DNA of 64,000 nt from a virus. Lineage: Duplodnaviria > Caudoviricetes. Below the pieces are notes generated by a model. That model saw only the letters and a program-made list of their open reading frames with translations, did no database searches and had not been told where the DNA came from. Below are positions 1 to 8,814 of this stretch, one piece after another; the stretch's first letter is position 1; every line of letters begins with the position of its first letter. Position numbers and translations under genes: made by a program. The stretch spans positions 11,448 through 75,447 of IMG/VR virus record IMGVR_UViG_3300020046_003652; one strand, given 5' to 3'.

Positions 1-2
1 TA

Positions 3-629
3 GGATTTAAAGATTTAACTGTTGTTTTATTTGCTTATTATGATTTTAGAGCAGATAAAGTGATAATTGAAGATGAAATTGCAGTAAATGGAACTAATTT
101 ACAATTACCTACTCTAATTGCTGACATTAAAAAGAAAGAAGAACAGCTTTGGCTTAATCCTTTAACTAATGAGATAACAGTTCCAACAGTTAGAGTATCA
201 GATATCAATTATATTGTAACACAAGAGATAGCTAGAGCTTCACAAGGTACTTTAAATTTTTCTCCAGCTAAAAAAGATGATAAAGAAGCAGCTATTAACA
301 AACTTAGAGTATTATTACAAGCTAAAAAAATTATTATAAATCCTAGATGTGTCAATCTTATCAGACACTTAAAGAATGTTCGATGGGATAAGGGTAAAAG
401 TAAGTCAGGTTTTGCTAGAAGTCCAGATGATGGACATTATGATGCTGTAGATGCAGCTATCTACTTGATAAGACACGTTAATTTTGGAAAAAACCCCTAT
501 CCTTTCGGATTTGATAGTGGATTGCGACGTGAAGATATATTCGTTTCTAACCCTGATAGTTTTGGAAAATCAACAACTAATAATGTCGATATATATAAAA
601 AGATATTCGGAATAAAAGGACGTAAATAA
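3..629 (+). CDS. terL: Terminase large subunit, C-terminal nuclease domain (5'-truncated by window edge)
   Basis: Frame is open from position 3 (GFKDLTVVLFAYYDF...). C-terminal GHYDAVDAAIY resembles the terminase RNase H acidic motif. Lies directly upstream of the portal candidate with a TAATG overlap. Confidence 0.85.
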   Translation, partial: GFKDLTVVLFAYYDFRADKVIIEDEIAVNGTNLQLPTLIADIKKKEEQLWLNPLTNEITVPTVRVSDINYIVTQEIARASQGTLNFSPAKKDDKEAAINKLRVLLQAKKIIINPRCVNLIRHLKNVRWDKGKSKSGFARSPDDGHYDAVDAAIYLIRHVNFGKNPYPFGFDSGLRREDIFVSNPDSFGKSTTNNVDIYKKIFGIKGRK

Positions 630-2683
630 TGGTTGACCTTAAAGACAGAGAAGTGTATTTTGCTAAAAAAGATCCAAAAGATGCAGCATATATTCTTTTA
701 CAAAAATCAAGAACTTTTTTTAACGTCATAGAATCTAATAACTATTTAGAAAAACTAAGAAAAATGTGGAAAGCTTACTACGGAGCATACCATAATGACT
801 TAGGATTTGGTCATCAGATCGAATATACAGGCGAACAAGGTGAATTTTGTGCTCTACCTGTCAATCATTTCGCTAACTTAGCTAGACATATCTATGTAAT
901 GATCACAACTAATCGTCCAGTAATGGAAGCTAGAGCTGTTAATACTGATTATAAGTCACTTTCTCAGACATACCTGGCAAACAGTATCCTTGACTATTAC
1001 ATGCGTGAGAAAAGGCTTGAGGATGCGTTAAAACAAGCAGCAGAAATGGCTGTTGTTCTTGGTTCCGGCTTTATTAAACTTGAATGGAATGCAACTGCAG
1101 GAGAAGCATACGATGTAGATCCTGATACAGGCGAATTTAACTACGAAGGTGAGTTAGAATTTACTAATTTATCACCAATGGACGTTGTTACTGATGGAAC
1201 TAAAGAATCTTGGAACAATGAGTGGGTTTTAACTCGTTCTAGAGAAAATAGATTTAACTTAATGGCTAAGTATCCTGAATTTGTAGATAAAATTAAGAGC
1301 TTACCTTCTATTAATCAAACTAATAACTATAGACTTCAATTATTCTCAAATGATGACACTGATGATGTCTTTATATATGAGTTTTTCCATAAAAGAACAG
1401 AGGCAATGCCTGATGGTCGTTATCTTTTATTCTTAGATAGCGAAATAGTATTACTAGATACTAAAATGCCTTATAGAGATTTACCAGTATATCGTATATC
1501 TGCTCAAGATATCATGGGTACTCCTTACGGTTACTCTCCACTGTTCGATATCTTCCCATTACAAGAAGGTATCAATGCTTTATACTCTACTATTCTAACA
1601 AATCAAAATGCTTTTGGTGTTCAAAACGTATTTGTTCCTAGAAATGCTAATATAGCAGTGAATAATTTGGAAGGTGGACTAAATATCATCGAAGGTGATG
1701 CTAAACCCGAACCTTTAAACTTAACTCAAACTCCTGCTGAGACTTTTCAATTCTTAGAAATGCTAGAAAAAGCAGCAGAAACTATCTCTGGAGTAAATAG
1801 TGTTGCCAGAGGTAATCCTGAATCTAGTCTTAAGTCTGGAACAGCACTAGCTCTAGTACAATCTATGTCTCTACAGTTTGTTTCTGGATTACAACAGTCA
1901 TATGTTAAGTTAATTGAAGACGTTGGTACATCTTTAATCAATATTTTAAAAGATTTCAGTACTGCTCCTAAAGTTATTGCTATGGTTGGTAAGAATAACC
2001 GTCCATACCTTAAAGAATTCACAGGAGAAAGTATCTCAGCTATCAATAGAGTGGTAGTTGATGTAGGAAATCCTTTATCTAGAACAATAGCTGGTCGTGT
2101 TCAAATGGCAGAACAGTTACTGCAGATGAAATTACTTAAATCTCCAGAACAATATATGCAAATTCTTAATACTGGTAAATTAGATTCAGCAATGGAAGGC
2201 GAAATGTCTGAATTGTTACTAATTAAATCAGAAAATGAGAAAATGTTAGATGGTATTAATCCAATTGTATCTCCGCTAGATCAACATAGACTACATATTA
2301 CTGAACATAAATCGGTTTTAGCTGATCCTGAATTAAGAAACGATCAAGCTATGGTTAAAAACGTATTAGATCATATTGAACAACATTTAAATATGTTAAG
2401 AAATACTGATCCTGATCTTTTAAATCTTATTGGTGAACAACCTCTAGCTCCTATGGGTGGAAATCCTGCAACAGGTAATGGTGGAGCACCAGTTCCTCCA
2501 GATAGACCACTAGAGAATAGTCCAATGAATGATATGATGCAGAATCCTCAACAAGGTAACCCAATGCCAGGAGATCAGATACAAACAAATCAACAAGGAT
2601 ATCAGACACTTCCTCAAATTCCTTCGCCTCCACCTCCTTTTGAGAATTTGCCAGTATCACCAGATCAAATGTTACCAAGGTAA
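629..2683 (+). CDS. Portal protein (P22-like/podovirus type) with Pro/Gln-rich tail
   Basis: 684 aa, immediately after the terminase, helical character, low-complexity P/Q C-terminus. Call rests on synteny and size. Confidence 0.8.
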   Translation: MVDLKDREVYFAKKDPKDAAYILLQKSRTFFNVIESNNYLEKLRKMWKAYYGAYHNDLGFGHQIEYTGEQGEFCALPVNHFANLARHIYVMITTNRPVMEARAVNTDYKSLSQTYLANSILDYYMREKRLEDALKQAAEMAVVLGSGFIKLEWNATAGEAYDVDPDTGEFNYEGELEFTNLSPMDVVTDGTKESWNNEWVLTRSRENRFNLMAKYPEFVDKIKSLPSINQTNNYRLQLFSNDDTDDVFIYEFFHKRTEAMPDGRYLLFLDSEIVLLDTKMPYRDLPVYRISAQDIMGTPYGYSPLFDIFPLQEGINALYSTILTNQNAFGVQNVFVPRNANIAVNNLEGGLNIIEGDAKPEPLNLTQTPAETFQFLEMLEKAAETISGVNSVARGNPESSLKSGTALALVQSMSLQFVSGLQQSYVKLIEDVGTSLINILKDFSTAPKVIAMVGKNNRPYLKEFTGESISAINRVVVDVGNPLSRTIAGRVQMAEQLLQMKLLKSPEQYMQILNTGKLDSAMEGEMSELLLIKSENEKMLDGINPIVSPLDQHRLHITEHKSVLADPELRNDQAMVKNVLDHIEQHLNMLRNTDPDLLNLIGEQPLAPMGGNPATGNGGAPVPPDRPLENSPMNDMMQNPQQGNPMPGDQIQTNQQGYQTLPQIPSPPPPFENLPVSPDQMLPR

Positions 2684-2689
2684 TATAAA

Positions 2690-2697
2690 TAACAACT
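2690..2697 (+). promoter_or_regulatory. TAACAACT putative late-promoter motif (copy 1)
   Basis: Same octamer is intergenic upstream of + genes at 2690, 5441, 7169, 8318, 11080, 11676, 17154 and 24087, and on the - strand at 36674-36667. Confidence 0.65.
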
Positions 2698-2723
2698 TAC
2701 TATAGATAAAAAAGGTAGGAAAT

Positions 2724-3059
2724 ATGTCAAATGCACTTCCAATATTTGTATTAAATCGTCCATTGTTCACTAATCAATCTTTAACTAGTACTGTGTCTTC
2801 AGATATCGTAGATCTAGCTGAAACATTAGGATATGCTATTCATGCTATTTGGACTGGTAGTCCAGATGGAACTATATCAGTTCAAGGTGGAAATGATGGC
2901 ATAAATTTTGTTGAAGTAGATTCAATTGTAACTGGAGCAACATCAGGGCAACATCTCCTTAATGTAGAAAAACATCATTATCGTTATGTTAAAATAGTTT
3001 ATACTGCAACTAGTGGAACTGGTTCATTAACTTTGTATATTTCCGGTAAAAGAGGTTAA
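2724..3059 (+). CDS. Small beta-rich putative virion protein
   Basis: 111 aa, RBS AGGTAGGA, beta-strand-like alternating pattern, inside virion module. Confidence 0.55.
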   Translation: MSNALPIFVLNRPLFTNQSLTSTVSSDIVDLAETLGYAIHAIWTGSPDGTISVQGGNDGINFVEVDSIVTGATSGQHLLNVEKHHYRYVKIVYTATSGTGSLTLYISGKRG

Positions 3060-3061
3060 TC

Positions 3062-5251
3062 ATGGCTTCAACTTTCAGAAACATAAGAGGCGATGGAGTT
3101 TTAATAGTCCCTACCGTAGCTTCTCTTCCGGTTAGTGCAGCAACAGGATTAATGGCAGTTGACGCTAGTACTACAGATATATATGTATTCGATGGTGTAG
3201 TATGGCAATTAAAGTCTGCTAGTGGAAGTGCCGGAGTTACGTCGTTTAATACCAGAACAGGGATAGTTGTCTCTGTTTCTGGAGATTATAATGCATCCCA
3301 GATAACAAACACTCCAGCTGGAGGAATATCAGCCACAGATTTACAAGCAGCAATAAACGAATTAGATACAGATAAAATAGGCAATGGAATAGCTTCTAAT
3401 AACCAATTAATATATCAAAATGGTTCCGGAGTCATAGAAGGTTTACCAGGTTTTTCGAAAGACACAACATCTGGTGGTTTACAAATGCAACTAACCGAGC
3501 AACCTAATGCTAATGTTGCTAGTTATACTGTTAGTAGCAATAATATAACTTTAGAGCCACTACAGAACTCTCCAGATGAATCTTGGAATGTTATAATTAA
3601 TCAAGTTACTATAGACCCTACTAGTACTGGTTTTACATTAGGCACAAATGGTACTGCTGCGAGAACATTATTAAACAAGATATTCCACAATGGAACTTCT
3701 GATACTGGTGCAATAGAATTAATACAAAATAATTTTAGCTTAGGTAATGGTACTGACCCTATTGATATAAAAGGTGTTTCTTATCTAATGGGCTTTGGCC
3801 AATTTAACGCTAATGTTAACATATCAGGTCCAATACAAGGTTATGGTTTTCAGACTAATATAAATGCAGCAGCTACTATGTCTTCTACGACATATACACA
3901 AGCTTTTTATGATGCAGCAAATTTTGCTACAGCAGTACCTAATTATTCATCCTTTAATGCTAGTCCTACAATATCTTCCATCGTAAATAATAATTATTAT
4001 AATGGTTTAAATATCAATCCAACTATAACTAACTTTACTGGTAATGCTGGTGCAAATGCTGTAGCTATTGGTGGTAATTGGGGTTCTTTTGGTACTGGTG
4101 GCTGGAATGGTATTAATATAAATCCAAATATTACATTAGCTAAATATGCGGCTGGTATAAATGTATCAATGGACAACGTTATTGCCTATGCAGGTGTTCA
4201 ATCTACTTTGACAGAACAAGATTTGACATTTACATGGAATTTAGTAGGAGACAACAATGCCTACACAATGGAATATACTCCAGGAGCTACAGCCGGAGCC
4301 GAAGTAGTTTCTATTTTAGGTAATGCTATTGAAGTGCAAATTGAAAATGGAGTTTCAACAGCTAACCAAATTAAGACAGCATTAGAAGCTAATATGGGCT
4401 TCAACTCTAATGTTACTGTTACTGTAAGCGGAGTTGGAACTGACCCTCAAGTTACTTTCGGCCCTACCAATTTTATAAATGGAGAAAATGCAGGAAATGT
4501 TAAAGCTGCTCAATTTAATGGAGATGTTGAAATTACTGGAGCTTTAAGTTTTAGTGGAGCACTATCAATAGGAAAACTTACAGCATTTGCGTCTCAGGCA
4601 TTAACTGACGGCGGTGGAACTCCATCTTCTATTCACAGTTTAATTACTAATCCGACAGTTGCGGCCAATGCTACCTTGACTAGTGCTGATTCTATTTCGG
4701 TAAATACAGCAGCACTTATAAATATTGGTGATAATGCAGTAGTAGGTACTTCTTTTATTGGAGTAGCGGCTTTGGGTTTACCTGCAGTATTAACCATGGG
4801 CACTGGTTCGACTGTTGACAGAATATATGGAGCACTATTTGCTCTAAGCCTAGATGCCGGAGCCACAGGTGGTACTGCAGACGAAGTTGGATTATGTAAA
4901 GCCGTAGCAATTCCAAATGGAGTTACTACTGTTAATAATTTATATGGTTATTTATTCGATCTACCTTTTGGTGATCCAGGCACAAAGACTTTTGGATTTT
5001 ACGATAGACCAGGAAAGAATAATTACTTAGCAGGTCAATTGTTAATTGGTGGTACTGCAGGTAGTGATGATTTAGTTACAAACTCAAGTGTTGCACTTGA
5101 AATTAAATCAACAACTAAAGCTTTTATAAATGCTAGAATGACAACGACAGAAAGAAACGCTTTGACTGCAGTAAACGGAATGCAAATTTACAACACGACA
5201 GACGATAAGCTTCAGGTTTATGCTGGTGGTTCGTGGGTTGACTTACATTAA
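3062..5251 (+). CDS. Fibre/spike-like structural protein
   Basis: 729 aa, rich in G/T/S/N/A, with repeated NINPTI-like turns and C-terminal ARMTTTERNAL...QIYNTTDDKLQVY..W motif typical of fibre ends. Confidence 0.65.
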   Translation: MASTFRNIRGDGVLIVPTVASLPVSAATGLMAVDASTTDIYVFDGVVWQLKSASGSAGVTSFNTRTGIVVSVSGDYNASQITNTPAGGISATDLQAAINELDTDKIGNGIASNNQLIYQNGSGVIEGLPGFSKDTTSGGLQMQLTEQPNANVASYTVSSNNITLEPLQNSPDESWNVIINQVTIDPTSTGFTLGTNGTAARTLLNKIFHNGTSDTGAIELIQNNFSLGNGTDPIDIKGVSYLMGFGQFNANVNISGPIQGYGFQTNINAAATMSSTTYTQAFYDAANFATAVPNYSSFNASPTISSIVNNNYYNGLNINPTITNFTGNAGANAVAIGGNWGSFGTGGWNGININPNITLAKYAAGINVSMDNVIAYAGVQSTLTEQDLTFTWNLVGDNNAYTMEYTPGATAGAEVVSILGNAIEVQIENGVSTANQIKTALEANMGFNSNVTVTVSGVGTDPQVTFGPTNFINGENAGNVKAAQFNGDVEITGALSFSGALSIGKLTAFASQALTDGGGTPSSIHSLITNPTVAANATLTSADSISVNTAALINIGDNAVVGTSFIGVAALGLPAVLTMGTGSTVDRIYGALFALSLDAGATGGTADEVGLCKAVAIPNGVTTVNNLYGYLFDLPFGDPGTKTFGFYDRPGKNNYLAGQLLIGGTAGSDDLVTNSSVALEIKSTTKAFINARMTTTERNALTAVNGMQIYNTTDDKLQVYAGGSWVDLH

Positions 5252-5264
5252 AAGGATATATAAA

Positions 5265-5396
5265 ATGACTATTGAACAAGCAAAATTATTACTAAAAAAA
5301 GCATCTTCAGGCGCGATATTAACTGATTCTGAAAAAAAAGATATATTAAAAGCAATACATATAGTGTCAAACTCACCGTTGAAGCCTAAAGAGTAA
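5265..5396 (+). CDS. 43-aa hypothetical protein (not in ORF track), possible fibre chaperone
   Basis: MTIEQAKLLLKKASSGAILTDSEKKDILKAIHIVSNSPLKPKE with AAGGA RBS. Confidence 0.5.
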   Translation: MTIEQAKLLLKKASSGAILTDSEKKDILKAIHIVSNSPLKPKE

Positions 5397-5485
5397 TTAG
5401 AAATTTATAAACTATTAAAATATTGAAATATATGCAATATTAACAACTGTATTTGTGAGTAAATTTAACTCGTTAGGGGAATATT

Positions 5486-5905
5486 GTGGACGAAAACGAA
5501 TTTAGACGTAAAAGAAAATTAACACCTCAAGAACAAATCAATAGTATGATGGGTACAGCTACAGCAGATAGTATGACCGATTTACTAGGATCTAACACTC
5601 CTGGACGAGAATTAGGCGGATCTTCTGATTCTACTGCGTATTCTGATGACAGAGAACGAAGAATTAAAGCACTAGAGAGAATGGGAGTTAATCCTAATTC
5701 TACAGAACAATATAATAAAGATATACAGAATAAAAAAATAGATCAAGAAGATTTATCTGCAGAGATAGATCCAGAAATTGAACAATATATGCAACGTGAA
5801 AGAAGTGCTTATACTCCACCTGCACGTCCTGAATTACCAAAAGAGACTCCAGAACAAAGACAATCAAGAATAATGCAATTACTTAAATCGAGAGGTTTAA
5901 AATAA
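5486..5905 (+). CDS. Hypothetical protein
   Basis: 139 aa, GTG start, AGGGGA RBS, downstream of TAACAACT at 5441. Confidence 0.6.
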   Translation: MDENEFRRKRKLTPQEQINSMMGTATADSMTDLLGSNTPGRELGGSSDSTAYSDDRERRIKALERMGVNPNSTEQYNKDIQNKKIDQEDLSAEIDPEIEQYMQRERSAYTPPARPELPKETPEQRQSRIMQLLKSRGLK

Positions 5906-6027
5906 TGGGAGATTCTGCACCAAAGACTACAAATATGTTTAAAGGTTTAAAATCTATCTTAAAAGAGACATATGCTAAATGTCCTAAATGTAAAAAGTCT
6001 AAAAAGGATTGTTCTTGTGGCAAGTAA
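5905..6027 (+). CDS. 40-aa Cys-rich peptide (not in ORF track)
   Basis: TAATG-coupled. MGDSAPKTTNMFKGLKSILKETYAKCPKCKKSKKDCSCGK, with four Cys (CxxC...CxC). Confidence 0.55.
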   Translation: MGDSAPKTTNMFKGLKSILKETYAKCPKCKKSKKDCSCGK

Positions 6028-6505
6028 AGAAGACATCGAAAGATTTCTGCATTACATTAGTCAGTTAGAAACTTCCGGTGGAAAGAATTTAAATCACGAA
6101 ACAGTTAAAGAAGGTCCACTTAAAGGTGAAACTGCTGAAGGTAAACATGGACATATGCCTTCTACTCAACGTGATATGATCAATAGATATCCTGCAAATC
6201 TTGATGAAAATAGTACACCAGAAGAAATAGATAGACAATTAGCAGAACATGTTTTAAATAGAGCAAAAGGTGATGAAACTTTAGCTTCTGGATTATGGCG
6301 TCATGGTCATAACCGTAGAATGGTTCATCAAGCTCCGTTAAAAGATCCTAGAGATATTAGAAATAGTCTATATGCTCAAGAATATGATAAAGTAAGAAGT
6401 GAAATTCCTTATACGTTAGATCCTAATCCGTATCAAGAGAAATACGCTGAAGAACAAGAAGAAAAAAAGAAATTTCCTCAATTAGATAAACTGTTTAAAA
6501 AGTAA
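6017..6505 (+). CDS. Lysozyme-fold / lytic transglycosylase-like protein
   Basis: Likely GTG start at 6017 with AAGGA RBS. ISQLETSGG (catalytic Glu-like), AEGKHGHMPST (resembles AxGxxQxMPxT) and LASGLWRHGH (resembles AxxAYNxG). Confidence 0.5.
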   Translation: MASKEDIERFLHYISQLETSGGKNLNHETVKEGPLKGETAEGKHGHMPSTQRDMINRYPANLDENSTPEEIDRQLAEHVLNRAKGDETLASGLWRHGHNRRMVHQAPLKDPRDIRNSLYAQEYDKVRSEIPYTLDPNPYQEKYAEEQEEKKKFPQLDKLFKK

Positions 6506-7165
6506 TTATAATTTCTTGTATTTCTTGCAAAAAGATTTAATCGAATCTATAGCATCCCATGTATCATCTTCATGATCTATATCTATCCAAAAATATTTAT
6601 AAATAGAGTTACCATAATAGAATTTATTATAATACATTAATACATGATAATTATATTCTCTTCCATATGTATATTCAGGTATAGCTGAGTATATTTTCAT
6701 AAAGGCTTAATCCCCATAATCATTCTGATATGTGTAGGGTTAGGATAAGTCGCTACAATATCATTAAATTTACAGTATCTACCGATACGAAACTCATTAA
6801 AAAATAATAAAGGACAAATGTTACTACCTTGAATATGGATACTACGTATAATCATAATGATTCGGTATCCTTTGCTTTTTTATACATATCATTATCATAA
6901 AACATTTCATCTATATGTTTAAAGTATCCTAATTTACCTATTCGATACCCTCCTATAAATAGTAACGAAAAACTAATAGGTGAATCGTTATATATAATAG
7001 ACTTTATTATCATAAAACTATAGCCTTTTCTGGAATAGTACAATGTTTTTCAATAGAATAAAATTTAGATCTAACATCGAACATATAATAATCGAATTTA
7101 TATATGTCATATACCAATATGTCATATACCAAGAGGGTATTTATTAAATATAATCGATTATACAT
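6506..7165 (-). other. Array of 4 mini-ORFs: 7010-7165, 6852-7013, 6697-6855, 6506-6700
   Basis: Hand-translated at 51, 53, 52 and 64 aa. All three junctions are TTA-TGA overlapping the next ATG. Confidence 0.7.
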
Positions 7166-7200
7166 AGTTAACAACTTTCTTTGTGCCATTCAAACGCACT

Positions 7201-7230
7201 AAAAAAGCTCATCTCAATTAAGAGACAGCT
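7201..7230 (-). terminator. Putative intrinsic terminator on the minus strand
   Basis: Minus strand reads AGCTGTCTC-TTAATT-GAGATGAGCT followed by TTTTT. Confidence 0.45.
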
Positions 7231-7249
7231 AAAATAATAAGGAGAACAT

Positions 7250-8248
7250 ATGTCAGACGCAAGTCAAGCTGCTTCCCCAGCAGCAGAACAATTATCCGCT
7301 ATGAATGAGTCTAACTCAGAATCTAGCGAAAGTCAAGTAGAATCATCGGAAGGTTCAAACGATTCACTACAGGATGTAGAAAGTCAAGTAGAACAAGTAC
7401 TTACAGATCCGAATGCTACTAAAGCAGAAAAAGTACAAGCACAAAAGATGCTTAAAAGCTTAAAAATCAAATTCAATGGTAAAGAGTATGACGAAGAATT
7501 ACCATTCGAAATCCCTGATACTCCAGAAGCTATGAAATATATGCAAAATAAGCTTCAAATGGATAAATTAGCTAGAGTTAAATCTCAAGAATCAGCTAAT
7601 CAACAAAAAATGATTACAGAATTTATGGATGCTCTTAAGAAGAATCCACGCAAAGTATTATCAGATCCATCTATCGGAGTTGATTTAAAGAGAATCGCTG
7701 CTGAACTAATTGAAGAAGAAATCGAAAATAGCAAGAAATCTCCAGAACAAATCGAAAGAGAAAAACTAGAGAACGAATTAAAGGCAATGAAAGAAGAAAG
7801 AGAAAAAGAAAAAGACGAATTCAATAAACGTGAATTAGATCGTTTACAACAACAAGAGTTTGAACGATATGACATGTTAATGTCTAAAGCTATTGAAAAG
7901 TCTGATCTTCCTAAATCTCCGTATATCATTAAAAAGATGGCTGATTATATGTTAATGGGACTTCAAAAAGGAATTGATGTTACTCCAGATGACGTATTAC
8001 CGTTAATCCGAGAAGAAATGCAAAATGATTTAAAAGAGATGTTTGCTGTTATGCCTGAAGATATTATCGAATCTATCGTAGGTAAAGAGAATATCAACAG
8101 AATACGTAAGAAAAACTTACAAAGAGCAAAACAATCAGCTTCAGTACAACAGGTTTCTCAAGCTAAAACTAAAGACGTTGGAGCAGTTTCACAAAAACAA
8201 ACTCCAGTTGGTAAAAAAGTTAAAGCTAGAGATTTCTTTGGTTTCTAA
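7250..8248 (+). CDS. Capsid scaffolding protein
   Basis: 332 aa, acidic N-terminus, long coiled coil, basic C-terminus, upstream of the capsid gene, AGGAG RBS. Confidence 0.75.
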   Translation: MSDASQAASPAAEQLSAMNESNSESSESQVESSEGSNDSLQDVESQVEQVLTDPNATKAEKVQAQKMLKSLKIKFNGKEYDEELPFEIPDTPEAMKYMQNKLQMDKLARVKSQESANQQKMITEFMDALKKNPRKVLSDPSIGVDLKRIAAELIEEEIENSKKSPEQIEREKLENELKAMKEEREKEKDEFNKRELDRLQQQEFERYDMLMSKAIEKSDLPKSPYIIKKMADYMLMGLQKGIDVTPDDVLPLIREEMQNDLKEMFAVMPEDIIESIVGKENINRIRKKNLQRAKQSASVQQVSQAKTKDVGAVSQKQTPVGKKVKARDFFGF

Positions 8249-8281
8249 GTAAAATCAACTAGTTACGGATTTACACTTGGC

Positions 8282-8311
8282 ATTATAACATATGAGTATG
8301 GATAATGTCAA
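8282..8311 (-). promoter_or_regulatory. Sigma70-type promoter pointing antisense into the scaffold gene
   Basis: TTGACA-18 nt-TATAAT with extended TGn. Confidence 0.6.
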
Positions 8312-8471
8312 GCTTTTTAACAACTTTCTATGGAACTTTTATGTAGTGACCTTTGTCTGTTTACATGACTTTTAATATCCTCAGGGACTTAAAACATCTA
8401 AGTAGAAAAAGATAATCGCCTCACGAAATAAAGTCTACATGAAAACAAAAACAAAATAGGAGAATATAAAA

Positions 8472-8759
8472 ATGTCATATCAAGCAAAAGATAGCCAAGT
8501 ATTGAACCAACAACTTAAAGTTCAAGAACTTGTTCTATTCGCAAACAATTCATTAATTTCTGACGATTCAACTGATCTTTTCGTAAGCATCGGTGAGAAC
8601 GTTCAATCTGTACTTTCTTGCCAAAAGCAAGTTGCTGCAGGTACTCTTTCAGGTGTTGTTGCTACCGTACACAGTGATCCAACTAAAATTAAATTAGCTG
8701 GTCAAACTGGTCCTGTTGCTTCTACTACTTATGTAATTAAATACATAATCGCTGAATAA
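8472..8759 (+). CDS. Small putative capsid-associated protein
   Basis: 95 aa between scaffold and capsid genes, AGGAG RBS. Confidence 0.5.
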   Translation: MSYQAKDSQVLNQQLKVQELVLFANNSLISDDSTDLFVSIGENVQSVLSCQKQVAAGTLSGVVATVHSDPTKIKLAGQTGPVASTTYVIKYIIAE

Positions 8760-8814
8760 TATTAAAGAAATTAACTTAACTTTTAACTAAAATATATAAA
8801 TAAAGGAAAATAAA

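Noticed and set aside
7102-7131. Perfect 15-bp tandem repeat (ATATGTCATATACCA x2) as an operator or iteron
   Set aside because: It lies in frame within mini-ORF 7010-7165 and encodes LVYDI twice, so a simple slippage duplication explains it.
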